Assembly (NCBI GenBank): GCA_031550755.1
Contig: JAVBOJ010000131.1
Coordinates: 1 to 33,367, forward strand
Source: Oscillospiraceae bacterium
GTDB lineage: Bacteria; Bacillota; Clostridia; Oscillospirales; UBA929
DNA: 33,367 nt
Reading direction: 5' to 3'
A program made the position numbers and the translations under genes. The notes under the pieces are model-generated. The model did no database searches. It was given only the letters and a program-made list of their open reading frames with translations, and was not told the origin of the DNA. Of this stretch, positions 8,404-19,368 are shown in pieces. The first letter of the stretch is position 1; each line of letters starts with the position of its first letter.

Positions 8404-8622
8404 ATGTCAATGGCAGCACTTGGAGCGGCAATCGCGGTTCTCACCAGTATAGGAGCCGCCCTCGGCGTCGGCATCTCGGCCGGCAAGGGCGCCGAAGCCA
8501 TCGCCCGGCAACCCGAAAAAGAAAGCTCGATCCGCAGCCTGTCCTTCCTCGGCATGGTGCTGGCCGAAGCCTGCGCCATTTACGGCCTGCTGGTCGCGCT
8601 GATGCTGTTCTCGAAGATATAA
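8404..8622 (+). CDS. atpE: F0F1 ATP synthase subunit c (H+-type by motif)
   Basis: 72 aa two-helix hairpin, loop IARQPE, ion-binding Glu in LAEACAIY; lacks the Gln...E-S/T sodium signature; GGAGGT RBS. Confidence 0.95.
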   Translation: MSMAALGAAIAVLTSIGAALGVGISAGKGAEAIARQPEKESSIRSLSFLGMVLAEACAIYGLLVALMLFSKI

Positions 8623-8632
8623 GAGGCGGCGT

Positions 8633-9127
8633 ATGAATCTGCTCAACTTTTATATCCCCGAATGGTTCTTCGTCGCCTTCAGCCTTGTTGTGCTGATTCT
8701 GGTGCTGCGGAAGATCCTCTGGGGCCGGGTCAACAAAATCCTTGACCAGCGGCAGACAAGGATTGAGACGGCGCTGCGCGACGCCGACGCCATCGAGGCC
8801 GAAAAGAAACAGATGGAAGCCCGGCGCACCGAGCTCGACACCGAGCTGGATCGGGTCACCGCCGAGCAGATGAAGGGCGCGCGCGTCCGCGCCGGCAAGG
8901 AATACGACCGGATTGTCGCCGAGGCCGAGGAAAAGGCCCGCGCCATCCTGACCACGGCGCGTACCCAGGCCGGGCGCGAACGCGACCGCATCGTGCGCGA
9001 CGCCCGTGCCGAAATGGTGGCCGCCGCGCTGACCGCCGCCGGCGTTCTCATCGGGGAGCGCATGGACGGCGACGCCAACGAACGCTTTATCGAATCCGTC
9101 CTGTTCCGGGAAGGCGGCCGCACATGA
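8633..9127 (+). CDS. atpF: F0F1 ATP synthase subunit b
   Basis: N-terminal TM (FSLVVLILVLRKILW) then a charged coiled coil; canonical position. Confidence 0.9.
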   Translation: MNLLNFYIPEWFFVAFSLVVLILVLRKILWGRVNKILDQRQTRIETALRDADAIEAEKKQMEARRTELDTELDRVTAEQMKGARVRAGKEYDRIVAEAEEKARAILTTARTQAGRERDRIVRDARAEMVAAALTAAGVLIGERMDGDANERFIESVLFREGGRT

Positions 9128-9660
9128 GCGCGCCCGAAGCGCGACTGGCGCGCGCCCTGCTCAAAGCCGCCGCGGCGCAGGGACAAATCGAGCGGGTGCT
9201 CGAGGAGCTGAAAGCCGTACAGGAGCCGCTGTTGACCCACGGGGCGTTTTTCCGCAATCCCACCGTCCCGTCGGCGCGGCAGGAGCCCATCCTGCGCGAT
9301 GTGCTGGCCGGACAGGTCTCGGCGCTGACGCTGGAGTTTTTGTGTCTGCTGGTGCGCCGGCGGAAAATGAAGGCGCTGCCGGCCATTGTCCGGCGGTACG
9401 CCGACCTCGCCGCCCGCGAAACGGCGGCCATGGAGGTGCTGCTGCGCATTCCGTACGCGCCGCCGCCCGCCATGCTGGACTCGTTGCGGGGCTATTTCGT
9501 CCGGCGGGGGCTGGTGCCCGCCGCCCAGCAAGAAAGGATCCCGGTGCGCGTTGTCATTGACAAGCGGCTGATCGCCGGTTTTGTCGCCGAATGCGGCAGT
9601 CTGGTTCTGGATCATTCACTTCGGTCACGGATGGACGGGCTTTTGCCCGCCGGCCGGTAA
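9124..9660 (+). CDS. atpH: F0F1 ATP synthase subunit delta (divergent)
   Basis: [40 protein letters not shown] resemble delta; ATGA overlap with atpF. Confidence 0.85.
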   Translation: MSAPEARLARALLKAAAAQGQIERVLEELKAVQEPLLTHGAFFRNPTVPSARQEPILRDVLAGQVSALTLEFLCLLVRRRKMKALPAIVRRYADLAARETAAMEVLLRIPYAPPPAMLDSLRGYFVRRGLVPAAQQERIPVRVVIDKRLIAGFVAECGSLVLDHSLRSRMDGLLPAGR

Positions 9661-9671
9661 GGAGAATGCAT

Positions 9672-11195
9672 ATGTCGATCAATACGGGAGAGCTCAGCAG
9701 GCTGCTGCTGGAAAAATTGGAGCAAAGCGACAACACGCGCGATCTGGCCGAGGTCGGCTCGGTCATCCAGATCGGCGACGGCATCGCCCGCGTCTACGGG
9801 CTGGACGGCTGCATGAGCGGCGAGCTGCTGGAGTTTGAGGGCGGCGATATGGGCATGGCGCTCAACCTGGAGGAGGACAATGTCGGCTGTGTGCTGTTTT
9901 CCTCCGGTGTCAACGTCCGCGAGGGCTCGCAGGTGCGCCGCACCGGCAAAACCACCCAGGTGCCGGTCGGCCGCGCCCTGCTGGGCCGGGTGGTCAATCC
10001 GCTGGCGCGTCCGCTGGACGGCGGCCCCGAAATCGTCACCGACAAGACCCGCCCCGTCGAGGCGCTGGCCTCCGGCGTCACCGAGCGCCAGCCGGTCAGC
10101 GTGCCGCTGCAAACCGGGCTGGTGTCGCTGGACGCCATGGTGCCCATCGGGCGCGGACAGCGCCAGCTCATCATCGGCGACCGCCAAACCGGCAAGACCG
10201 CCGTCGCCGTGGACACCATCATCAACCAGAAGGACAAGGACGTGCTGTGCATCTATGTCGCCATCGGGCAGAAGGCGTCCCTTGTCGCGTCGATTGTCAG
10301 CACCCTGAGCCGCCACGGCGCGATGGACAATACCATTGTCGTGGCGTCCACCTCCTCCGATCCCGCGCCGCTCCAGTTCCTCGCGCCATACGCTGCCTGC
10401 GCCATGGCCGAGGAGTTTATGTACAACGAGCACAAGGACGTCCTTATCGTCTATGACGATCTGAGCAAGCACGCCGTGGCCTATCGCACCATGTCGCTAC
10501 TGCTCAAGCGGCCGCCCGGCCGCGAGGCCTATCCCGGCGACGTGTTTTATCTGCATTCCCGGCTGCTCGAGCGCGCCGCGCGCCTGTCGGACAAGCTGGG
10601 CGGCGGCTCCATTACCGCCCTGCCCATCATTGAGACGCTGGCCGGCGACATCTCGGCCTATATTCCCACGAACGTCATTTCCATCACCGACGGGCAGATT
10701 TTTTTGGAGTCCGAGCTGTTTTTCTCCGGGTTCCGCCCGGCGGTCAACGTGGGGCTTTCGGTGTCGCGCGTCGGCAGCGCCGCCCAGACCAAGGCGATGA
10801 AAAAAGTGGCCTCCTCCCTGCGCATCGAGCTGGCGCAGTACCGGGAATTGCAGGTCTTTTCCCAGCTCGGCTCGGATCTTGACGCCGCCACCCAGACACG
10901 CCTGAACAAGGGCGCGCGGCTGATGGATTCGCTCAAGCAGCCGCAGTATTCGCCCATGGCGATGGAGGAGCAGGTGGTCATCCTGTTCTGCGCCAAGAAC
11001 GATTACCTCGACGGCATCGAGTTTTTCGACGTCGCGCGGTTCAACGCCGGTTTGCTGACCCATGTCAGGGAGACCGCGCCGGACATCCTCGCCGCCATTC
11101 GCGCGTCGGGGGATTTTACCGCCGAGACCGAGGAGAAGCTCCGCGCCGCCGCCGACGCGTACAAACGGGAGTTTAAGGCGTCCGCGCCGCAGTAA
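9672..11195 (+). CDS. atpA: F0F1 ATP synthase subunit alpha
   Basis: [10 protein letters not shown], Walker [41 protein letters not shown]; ATG 9672 after AAGGAG. Confidence 0.97.
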   Translation: MSINTGELSRLLLEKLEQSDNTRDLAEVGSVIQIGDGIARVYGLDGCMSGELLEFEGGDMGMALNLEEDNVGCVLFSSGVNVREGSQVRRTGKTTQVPVGRALLGRVVNPLARPLDGGPEIVTDKTRPVEALASGVTERQPVSVPLQTGLVSLDAMVPIGRGQRQLIIGDRQTGKTAVAVDTIINQKDKDVLCIYVAIGQKASLVASIVSTLSRHGAMDNTIVVASTSSDPAPLQFLAPYAACAMAEEFMYNEHKDVLIVYDDLSKHAVAYRTMSLLLKRPPGREAYPGDVFYLHSRLLERAARLSDKLGGGSITALPIIETLAGDISAYIPTNVISITDGQIFLESELFFSGFRPAVNVGLSVSRVGSAAQTKAMKKVASSLRIELAQYRELQVFSQLGSDLDAATQTRLNKGARLMDSLKQPQYSPMAMEEQVVILFCAKNDYLDGIEFFDVARFNAGLLTHVRETAPDILAAIRASGDFTAETEEKLRAAADAYKREFKASAPQ

Positions 11196-11215
11196 ACGTT
11201 TTTTCTTTTCTATTA

Positions 11216-11366
11216 GGACGGGGGCGTCACTTTCTTTGGCCGGGGCAAGGAAAGTGACCAAAGAAACCCCGTCAGGGGGCTCTATCTGCCCCCTGAACCC
11301 CCGGTAATTTCTGGGGAATGTATGGCCCCGTTTCGGTCTGCGCCCCTCCGGGTCTCGCCGAAACGG
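11216..11366 (+). repeat. Structured dispersed repeat family A, copy 1 (about 150 bp)
   Basis: Aligns end to end with 27087-27238; three conserved stem-loops; sits in the 282 bp atpA-atpG gap. Confidence 0.8.
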
Positions 11367-11411
11367 GTGGGGGAATGAGGACAACAACGGTAGGCATACG
11401 CCGGGCGAATG

Positions 11412-11457
11412 CCCCCGCGTTCCTATCTGTTATCTGTTATCCATTCTCTGTTATCTC
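11412..11457 (+). repeat. Heptamer-tailed repeat family B copy (CCCCGCGTTCC-(TATCTGT)n)
   Basis: Matches the copies at 29434-29487 (reverse), 30485-30546 and 32318-32360. Confidence 0.75.
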
Positions 11458-11477
11458 ACCGTCAGGGGGTCTGCCCG

Positions 11478-12344
11478 ATGAACAATACCGCCGCCATTTT
11501 GAGCCGGATCAAGAGCATCCGCCAGACCGTGCAGATCTCCAACGCCCAGAAGCTGATTGCCGCCGCCCGCATCGGGCGCGCCAAGCGGATGCTGGCCGAC
11601 GCCGCGCCCTATCACGAGCGCATCCGCAGCAGCATCGCCGGGGTGCTGACCCTTTGTCCCGAGGCGGCCAGCCGGTATCTGGACAAAACCGGCATGACGC
11701 CCAGCCGGCGCGGTCTGCTGGTCATCACCTCGGACAAGGGGCTGGCCGGCGGATACAACAGCAATGTGGTCAAGACGGTCGAGCAGTCGATGAAGGACGC
11801 GCCCGCGTCCCGGCTGATCGTGCTGGGCAACGTCGGCCGCAACCATTTTACCCAAAAGGGCTATGACGTGCTCGAGCCGCCGGCGCTGGCCTATGAGCCG
11901 CCGACGCTGTTCGCCGCCCGCGAGCTGGCCGAGCAGATTTTCCAGATGTTCGACGAGGGTCAGGTGGACGCCTTCGACATCGCCTACACGCATTTTCGCT
12001 CGACTGTGCGCCTCCAGCCCACGGAATCGCGGCTGTTTCCCCTGAAGCCGCAGGTGTTCGGGGATCCGCCCGTCCCGCTGCGGCAGGCCGCGTTTGAGCC
12101 CAGCCCGGACGCCGTGCTGGAAACCCTGATTGTCAAGTATCTCAAGGGCTTTATTTACGGCTGCCTGATCCACGCGTGGGCCAGCGAGCTGGCGTCCCGC
12201 GTGACGGCCATGGACAACGCCATCCGCAACGGACGGGACATGCTCGACGCGCTGCTGCTGGTGTACAACCATGCCCGTCAGGCCATGATTACCCAGGAAA
12301 TTACCGAGATCGTGGCCGGCGCGGCCTCGATGAACGAAGAATAA
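11478..12344 (+). CDS. atpG: F0F1 ATP synthase subunit gamma
   Basis: RIKSIRQTVQISNAQKLIAAA, ITSDKGLAGGYN, SELASRVTAMDNA, ARQAMITQEITEIVAGA; ATG 11478. Confidence 0.95.
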   Translation: MNNTAAILSRIKSIRQTVQISNAQKLIAAARIGRAKRMLADAAPYHERIRSSIAGVLTLCPEAASRYLDKTGMTPSRRGLLVITSDKGLAGGYNSNVVKTVEQSMKDAPASRLIVLGNVGRNHFTQKGYDVLEPPALAYEPPTLFAARELAEQIFQMFDEGQVDAFDIAYTHFRSTVRLQPTESRLFPLKPQVFGDPPVPLRQAAFEPSPDAVLETLIVKYLKGFIYGCLIHAWASELASRVTAMDNAIRNGRDMLDALLLVYNHARQAMITQEITEIVAGAASMNEE

Positions 12345-13766
<1,422 letters not shown>

Positions 13767-13782
13767 CGGGAGGGAGACGCCG

Positions 13783-14193
13783 ATGCCCGAGACGTTTGAA
13801 CTCGTGATTTTGACCCCGGACAAGCGCTTTTTGTCCGCCCGCGCACAGGAGGTCACCTTCGGCACCGAGGAGGGACGGCTGGGCGTCATGGCGGGGCATA
13901 TGCCGGTCGTGGCCGCCGTCACCGAGGGCACGCTGGAAATTCTCGTGGACGGGGTGTGGAAGACCGCCGCCGTGGGGCGCGGCTTTGCCGACATCGGCGG
14001 GGAGCTGGCCGAGTTTTTTGTCGATACCGCCGAATGGTCGGAGGATATCGACGTGGCACGCGCCCGCGACGCCCTTCAGCGTGCCGAGCTGCGCATGAAA
14101 AGCGAGCTCAGCCGCATCGAATATGTGCGCACCAAGGCGGCCATCGCCCGTGCGCTGGCGCGGCTCAAGGCCGCGCAGGGAGACAAGCCCTGA
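13783..14193 (+). CDS. atpC: F0F1 ATP synthase subunit epsilon
   Basis: LVILTPD, GRLGVMAGHMP, C-terminal IDVARA helical hairpin. Confidence 0.93.
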   Translation: MPETFELVILTPDKRFLSARAQEVTFGTEEGRLGVMAGHMPVVAAVTEGTLEILVDGVWKTAAVGRGFADIGGELAEFFVDTAEWSEDIDVARARDALQRAELRMKSELSRIEYVRTKAAIARALARLKAAQGDKP

Positions 14194-14229
14194 ATTTTTG
14201 ATTGAAACCTTTGAAAAGGCGGTCGATGT

Positions 14230-15015
14230 ATGGAAACCAGTACCTTAATAGGGATGATCCTTGCGATCGTCGGACTGCTGGGCGGCATGGTCTTCAAAGG
14301 CGTGCCCTTCTCCGCCCTCGCCAATCCCGCGGCCATTTTTATCATCCTGATCGGCACCGCCGGCGCCGTCATGAACGCCTTCCCCGGCAAGGACGCCGCC
14401 AAGATCGGCAAGCTGTTTAAAAATGTGTTCACCAAAACAAAAACGCCGTATACCAACGAGGAGATCATCAACCTGCTGACCGACTTCGCCCAATTGGCCC
14501 GCAAGGAAGGTCTGCTGGCGCTGGAAAAGCAGATCAAGGAGGTCAATGATCCCTTCCTCCAGCGCGGTTTGGCCATGATTACCATGGGGCAAAACAGCGA
14601 GGTCATCGAGGATACGCTGGCGGAGGATCTCGAGGCCATGGAGGCGCGGCATCAGGCCAACGCCAGCGTGTTTACCCAGGCCGGCACTTACGCGCCCACG
14701 CTGGGCGTGCTGGGCGCGGTCATCGGGCTCATCGCCGCGCTGGCCAACATGGCCGATCAGGAGGCGCTGGGGCACGCCATTTCGGCCGCCTTTATCGCCA
14801 CGGTGTACGGTATTTTCACCGGCTATGTGCTGTGGCATCCGTTTGCCAACAAGCTCAAGCGCAAATCCAAGGAGGAGGCCCTCAACAAGCGCATCATCAT
14901 CGAGGGCATCCTGCTCATCAACGAGGGAATGGCCCCCAATATTATCAAAGAAAAAATGCTGTCCTTTATCTCGGTCGGCGAACGCGCCAAGAGCTTCGCG
15001 GACTTTGAGACCTGA
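14230..15015 (+). CDS. motA: Flagellar motor stator protein MotA
   Basis: ARKEGLLALE, GTYAPTLGVLGAVIGLI, AFIATVYGIFTGYVLWHPFANKLK (Bacillota MotA type). Confidence 0.95.
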   Translation: METSTLIGMILAIVGLLGGMVFKGVPFSALANPAAIFIILIGTAGAVMNAFPGKDAAKIGKLFKNVFTKTKTPYTNEEIINLLTDFAQLARKEGLLALEKQIKEVNDPFLQRGLAMITMGQNSEVIEDTLAEDLEAMEARHQANASVFTQAGTYAPTLGVLGAVIGLIAALANMADQEALGHAISAAFIATVYGIFTGYVLWHPFANKLKRKSKEEALNKRIIIEGILLINEGMAPNIIKEKMLSFISVGERAKSFADFET

Positions 15016-15046
15016 GTGAAAGCGACCCGGAAGGCAGGTGGTCACC

Positions 15047-15844
15047 ATGGCGAAAAAAAGAGGCCATGCCGCGCATGAAGAACATATGGACGAGAGCTGG
15101 CTGATTCCGTACGCCGACCTGCTGACCCTTCTGTTGGCGCTGTTTATTGTCCTGTTCGCCTCGAGCAGTGTGGACAAGGACAAATTCGCCGCCATGGCGC
15201 AGGCGTTTTACAGCGAATTCGGCGGCGCGGGGCTTATGCCCGCCCAGACCGGCGTCCTGCCCGATTTCGCCCCGGGCGGCCCGATGGGGCCGCAGGCCAA
15301 TCCCCCGGACAACGAGGGCGACGAGGAGTACCCCCCCGAGGGCGAGAGCCCGGAGGAAACGGAGTTGCGCAACCTTCGCGGCTTGCAGCAGAGTCTGGAG
15401 GAGTACTTCGACCAGGAGGGGCTCAGCCCGAACGTCAGTATGCATATCGACGAGCGGGGGCTGGTCATCAGTCTGCATGACTCGGTTTTGTTCGCCTCCG
15501 GCAGCGCGGAGATCCGCCCCGAGCACAAGCCCATGCTCATCAAAACCGGGGAGATTGTCAACAAACTGGAAAATTATATCCGCGTGGAGGGGCATACCGA
15601 CGATGTGCCCATTCACAGCGCGCGGTATGACACCAACTGGGAGTTGTCCTCGGTGCGGGCCACCACGGTGGTCAAGCTGTTTATCGCCGAGGCGGCCATT
15701 CCGCCGCAGAAGCTCGTGGCCGTCGGATACGGCGAGTACAGGCCGGTTGCCGGCAACGATACCGCCGAGGGACGCGCCGAAAACCGCCGCGTGGATATCA
15801 TCATTTTGAACAGCAAATTTAACAATCTTGAAAGCGGGTATTGA
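15047..15844 (+). CDS. motB: Flagellar motor stator protein MotB (H+-type FIVL signature)
   Basis: WLIPYADLLTLLLALFIVLFAS with conserved Asp; OmpA-like domain VEGHTDD, NWELSSVRA, GRAENRRVDI. Confidence 0.95.
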   Translation: MAKKRGHAAHEEHMDESWLIPYADLLTLLLALFIVLFASSSVDKDKFAAMAQAFYSEFGGAGLMPAQTGVLPDFAPGGPMGPQANPPDNEGDEEYPPEGESPEETELRNLRGLQQSLEEYFDQEGLSPNVSMHIDERGLVISLHDSVLFASGSAEIRPEHKPMLIKTGEIVNKLENYIRVEGHTDDVPIHSARYDTNWELSSVRATTVVKLFIAEAAIPPQKLVAVGYGEYRPVAGNDTAEGRAENRRVDIIILNSKFNNLESGY

Positions 15845-15869
15845 CGGGAGGCGCAAAATACAATAAAAT
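15841..15869 (+). promoter_or_regulatory. Sigma-A promoter for pit-DUF47
   Basis: TTGACG (15841-15846, overlapping the motB stop), 17 bp spacer, TAAAAT (15864-15869). Confidence 0.7.
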
Positions 15870-15910
15870 AGGACAGGCGACGCCCCTATTCCAGCAAACC
15901 GGAGGACGCG

Positions 15911-16963
15911 ATGAGTATTGATTTGCAGGGATTTCTTGCGCAGATGGCCAGCAATCCCATGATTGCCCTGACCGCTGTGCTGACCTTGGGCGTCATTCTT
16001 GTCAACGGCTGGACGGACGCGCCCAACGCCATTGCCACCTGCGTTTCGACCCGTTCGATGTCCGCCTCGTCCGCCATTTTGATGGCCGCCGTCTTCAACT
16101 TCCTCGGCGTGCTGCTGATGACCCTTGTCAATTCGCAGGTCGCGCTGACCATTTACAACATGGTCGATTTCGGCGCCAAGACAACCGACGCGTCGGTCGC
16201 GCTCTGCGCCGCGCTGTTTGCCATTGTCGTCTGGGCCACCGCCGCGTGGAAGTTCGGTATCCCCACCAGCGAAAGCCACGCCCTCATCGCCGGCCTCTCG
16301 GGCGCGGCCATCGCGCTCAACGGCGGATTTGAGGGCATCTTCCCCGACGAATGGATCAAGGTCATCTACGGCCTCGTGCTGTCCACCTTCCTCGGGTTTT
16401 TTACCGGCTTCGGAGCCACCCGTCTTATTGAATTTTTCTGCCGCCGTACAGACCGCCATAAGTCCGCCGGATTTTTCCGCCGGGCGCAGGTCTTCGGCGG
16501 CGCTTCCATGGCCTTTATGCACGGCGCCCAAGACGGTCAGAAGTTTATGGGCGTCTTTTTGCTGGGCATTTTTCTCGCCGGAGGGCAGCAGGGCGTCACC
16601 GATTTCCAGATTCCCATCTGGCTGATGGTTCTCTGCTCGGCTGTCATGGCGCTGGGCACCTCCATCGGCGGCTACCGGATTATCAAGGCCGTCGGGATGG
16701 ATATGGTCAGACTGCGCCCCTACCAGGGCTTTGCCGCCGATCTCGGCGCGGCCGGCTGTCTGATGCTCTCGTCGCTCACCGGCATTCCCGTCAGCACCAC
16801 CCACACCAAAACCACCGCCATCATGGGGGTCGGCGCGTCCAAACGAATATCCGCCGTCAACTGGGGCGTTGTGCGCGAGATGGGGCTGGCGTGGGTCTTG
16901 ACCTTCCCCGGCTGCGGGCTGTTGGGCTTTGCCATGGCAAAGCTGTTTATGATGCTGTTCTAA
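15911..16963 (+). CDS. pit: Inorganic phosphate transporter, PiT family
   Basis: NGWTDAPNAIAT, GIPTSESHALI, HGAQDGQKFMG, GIPVSTTH signatures. Confidence 0.93.
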   Translation: MSIDLQGFLAQMASNPMIALTAVLTLGVILVNGWTDAPNAIATCVSTRSMSASSAILMAAVFNFLGVLLMTLVNSQVALTIYNMVDFGAKTTDASVALCAALFAIVVWATAAWKFGIPTSESHALIAGLSGAAIALNGGFEGIFPDEWIKVIYGLVLSTFLGFFTGFGATRLIEFFCRRTDRHKSAGFFRRAQVFGGASMAFMHGAQDGQKFMGVFLLGIFLAGGQQGVTDFQIPIWLMVLCSAVMALGTSIGGYRIIKAVGMDMVRLRPYQGFAADLGAAGCLMLSSLTGIPVSTTHTKTTAIMGVGASKRISAVNWGVVREMGLAWVLTFPGCGLLGFAMAKLFMMLF

Positions 16964-17028
16964 ACAGACAAAATATTTGATTGCAGAGAAGAAGAAAGAG
17001 GCGGTTCGTCTCCGTCAGGGAGGATTCT

Positions 17029-17649
17029 ATGGCTCGTAAAAAATTCAACTATTTCGCCTACTTCCAAGCCTGTACCGAGCAGGCGTGCAAGGCCGCGCAA
17101 TATTTGCACGACTGCCTGTCCACATTCGACGCCGGCAAGCTGGCCGACGAGGTGCGGCAGATGCATTCCATCGAAAATGACGCCGACATGCTCAAGCATG
17201 AAATGCTGCGGGTGCTGGCGCACGAGTTCCTGCCGCCCATCGAGCTGGAGGATATCGTCGCGCTGTCCCACGCGCTGGACGATGTCGTGGACGCCATTGA
17301 CGACGTGATGCAGCATGTGTATATTTACAATGTCCGCAGTCTGCGGCCCGAGGCGCTCGCCTTCTCCGAGCTCATCGTCAAGTGCTGCGCGGCGCTGGCA
17401 ACCGCGGCGCAGGAGTTCCAAAACTTTAAGAAGTCCAAGACCATTCAGGGACGCCTCATCGAAATCAACGCCATCGAGGAGGAGGCCGACCACCTCTTCA
17501 ACGACAGCATCCGCAAGCTGTATACCGGCGCGGACGCCGAGCGCGATGTGTTTATTTGGACGAGGCTGTTTGATCTGCTGGAAAATTGTCTCGACGCCTG
17601 CGAGGATGCCGCCGACATCATCGAAGGGATTATCATGAAGAATACATGA
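17029..17649 (+). CDS. DUF47 / PhoU-like phosphate transport regulator
   Basis: IENDADMLKH, FLPPIELEDI, LDDVVDAI, IEEEAD, LENCLDACEDAADII; adjacent to pit; ATG 17029 after GGAGG. Confidence 0.9.
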   Translation: MARKKFNYFAYFQACTEQACKAAQYLHDCLSTFDAGKLADEVRQMHSIENDADMLKHEMLRVLAHEFLPPIELEDIVALSHALDDVVDAIDDVMQHVYIYNVRSLRPEALAFSELIVKCCAALATAAQEFQNFKKSKTIQGRLIEINAIEEEADHLFNDSIRKLYTGADAERDVFIWTRLFDLLENCLDACEDAADIIEGIIMKNT

Positions 17650-17664
17650 TGCGCAGGGAAATAG

Positions 17665-17703
17665 ATACCCGCCGCCGTTTGGTTACGGCGGCGGGTGTTT
17701 TTT
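17665..17703 (+). terminator. Intrinsic terminator after DUF47
   Basis: ATACCCGCCGCCGT-loop-ACGGCGGCGGGTGT followed by a T-tract. Confidence 0.85.
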
Positions 17704-17723
17704 ACTTCGGACTACCCGTTTTG

Positions 17724-17755
17724 GGACGGGGGAGTGACTTTCTTTGGCCGTGGCA
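17724..17755 (+). repeat. Truncated 5' fragment of repeat family A
   Basis: GGACGGGGGAGTGACTTTCTTTGGCCGTGGCA matches the first 32 nt of the copies at 11216 and 27087. Confidence 0.7.
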
Positions 17756-17780
17756 TTGGAAACCGCAGATTTTCCAATGC

Positions 17781-18869
17781 TTACGGAGCCGTAACCTCCA
17801 CCGTAAACGTGGCCGTTTTGGTGACGCCGCCCTCGGAGTAGCTAAGGGTGATTACCTGCGCCGGATTGACGACGTCCAGCGTGGTTGGGGTGGCGGTGGT
17901 GCCGGAGGTCACGTCGGCGGTGGAGCCGCCCTCATACGTGGCGGTGACGACCAAGCCGGTTTTGTCCAGTGTTTCGTCCCGCACATAGGTGAGCTTGGTG
18001 GGCGGCGCGGTGATGGCGATGGAGCTCAGCGCCGGCGGAATGGCCTCGAACTCGGCGGTGATGGTGACATCCTCCGCCGGCATGACAAAGGTTGTGCCGG
18101 TCACCTTGGTGGTGTTGAATTTGAGGCTGTCGGCCTTCAGACGCTTGCCCGACTCGGGCGCGACCGTCAGGGACACGGTGTCGCCCGGGGCGGCGCGCCT
18201 CACATTGGCGGTCACCGCGCCGTCGGTCATGGCGCCGATGGTGATTTTATAGGTGTGCAGCTCGTAAATGACGCGGCAGAGCTCGGCGCGGGTAATGGCC
18301 TGCTGGGGCTTGAAATCGGTCGTGGCGAAGGGGAACAAATTGTATCTCAGGCAGGCCGAAACGGAAGCCTGCGCCCAATCGGCAATGTCTGCGTTGTCGC
18401 CAAACGCCTTGTACGCATCCTTGTTCGTCGCCGCGAGATCATAACAGCGGGCGACCATGACGGCAACCTGCTCGCGGGTGACGGCCGAGGCGGCGTCAAA
18501 CCGGGTGGTTGACGCGCCCTTGACAACGCCCAGCGCAAACAGGACGTTGATGACGGCGTCATCCCAATTTTTCAGCTTGGGAACATCGGCAAAGGTGTGC
18601 TGGCGCAGCTGCATCACGCGCCCCCATACAATGGCGAACTGGCCGCGAGTGAGGCTTTCGGAGGGGCCGAAGCGGGTGGGGGAAAAGCCCTTGACAAAGC
18701 CGTGGTCAAAGCAAAAATGAACGGCTTCGAGCGCGTCGCCGGTCACACCGGTGAGATCCGTAAAGCCGGCGGACAGCGGCTGGTCGATGACCACGGCATC
18801 AGCAAAAGCTTGGGGGACAAGGGAAAGAGAGAGAATACAGCAAAGAACAAGCGCGCAGAGTTTTTTCAT
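17781..18869 (-). CDS. Secreted S-layer homology (SLH) domain protein with C-terminal Ig-like domains
   Basis: Signal peptide MKKLCALVLCCILSLSLVPQAFA; three SLH motifs (LTRGQF, VTREQV, ITRAEL); TFVMPAEDVTITAEF and PTKLTY...GLVVTATY Ig-like modules. Confidence 0.88.
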   Translation of the reverse strand: MKKLCALVLCCILSLSLVPQAFADAVVIDQPLSAGFTDLTGVTGDALEAVHFCFDHGFVKGFSPTRFGPSESLTRGQFAIVWGRVMQLRQHTFADVPKLKNWDDAVINVLFALGVVKGASTTRFDAASAVTREQVAVMVARCYDLAATNKDAYKAFGDNADIADWAQASVSACLRYNLFPFATTDFKPQQAITRAELCRVIYELHTYKITIGAMTDGAVTANVRRAAPGDTVSLTVAPESGKRLKADSLKFNTTKVTGTTFVMPAEDVTITAEFEAIPPALSSIAITAPPTKLTYVRDETLDKTGLVVTATYEGGSTADVTSGTTATPTTLDVVNPAQVITLSYSEGGVTKTATFTVEVTAP

Positions 18870-19217
18870 GTTCCAAAACAGCCTTTCCGGTTTATTTTTG
18901 GTTACGTGACAATATGGTATCCGAAAAAACGCATTTCTTACAGGGAATATGAAACAAAACAGACAAAACAAGCGCGTTTTGTCATTTTTTCTATAAAACG
19001 GCAAAACTTTGCGGCATGAAAACACGCGGACGGGCGCACACTGAAGGCGAAGAATCATGAAAAGGAGAGGTCATTCATGGACAAGGGAAAAAAACCCGTG
19101 CCGCTGTATGAGACACTGCCCACCGCGTCGGACAAAAGGAGCAAACCCTCCGGAGAAACCGTCCCCGCCGAGGACAGCGTCGAGCGCCTGCGGCAATGGG
19201 GGAAAAATTCGAAACTA

Positions 19218-19246
19218 TAGGGGGACGCCGCCTCGGCGTCCCCCTA
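19218..19246. repeat. GTAG-REP-like perfect palindrome
   Basis: TAGGGGGACGCCG-cct-CGGCGTCCCCCTA; related half-site at 21611-21629 and GTAGG...CCTAC hairpin at 20185-20209. Confidence 0.5.
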
Positions 19247-19368
19247 CATATATGCGCCCCGATATGCGTCCCGACGGGGACTTCCCAGTATCATCCATCC
19301 TATGCAAAGCATACGCTGTATTGGCTCCTTTGCGAATCCTATTAAAAGACAGTAAGTGAGGTTCTCCC

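Noticed and set aside
10164-10166. Atp[10 protein letters not shown] instead of GQRELIIGD
   Set aside because: The Gln variant occurs in functional alpha subunits of other bacteria, such as actinobacteria, so it is not evidence of inactivation.
14203-14229. Sigma-28-like TGAA-N15-GTCGATGT before motA
   Set aside because: The -10 would abut the ATG, putting the TSS inside the gene; the sequence is better explained as the RBS region.
14230-15844. MotAB as ZorAB of a Zorya defence system
   Set aside because: MotA is normal length without the long ZorA tail, has flagellar torque-residue motifs, and no zorC/D/E genes are adjacent.
15845-17649. pit-DUF47 as an obligatory part of the atp-mot operon
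   Set aside because: It has its own good sigma-A promoter at 15841-15869; read-through is possible but not required.
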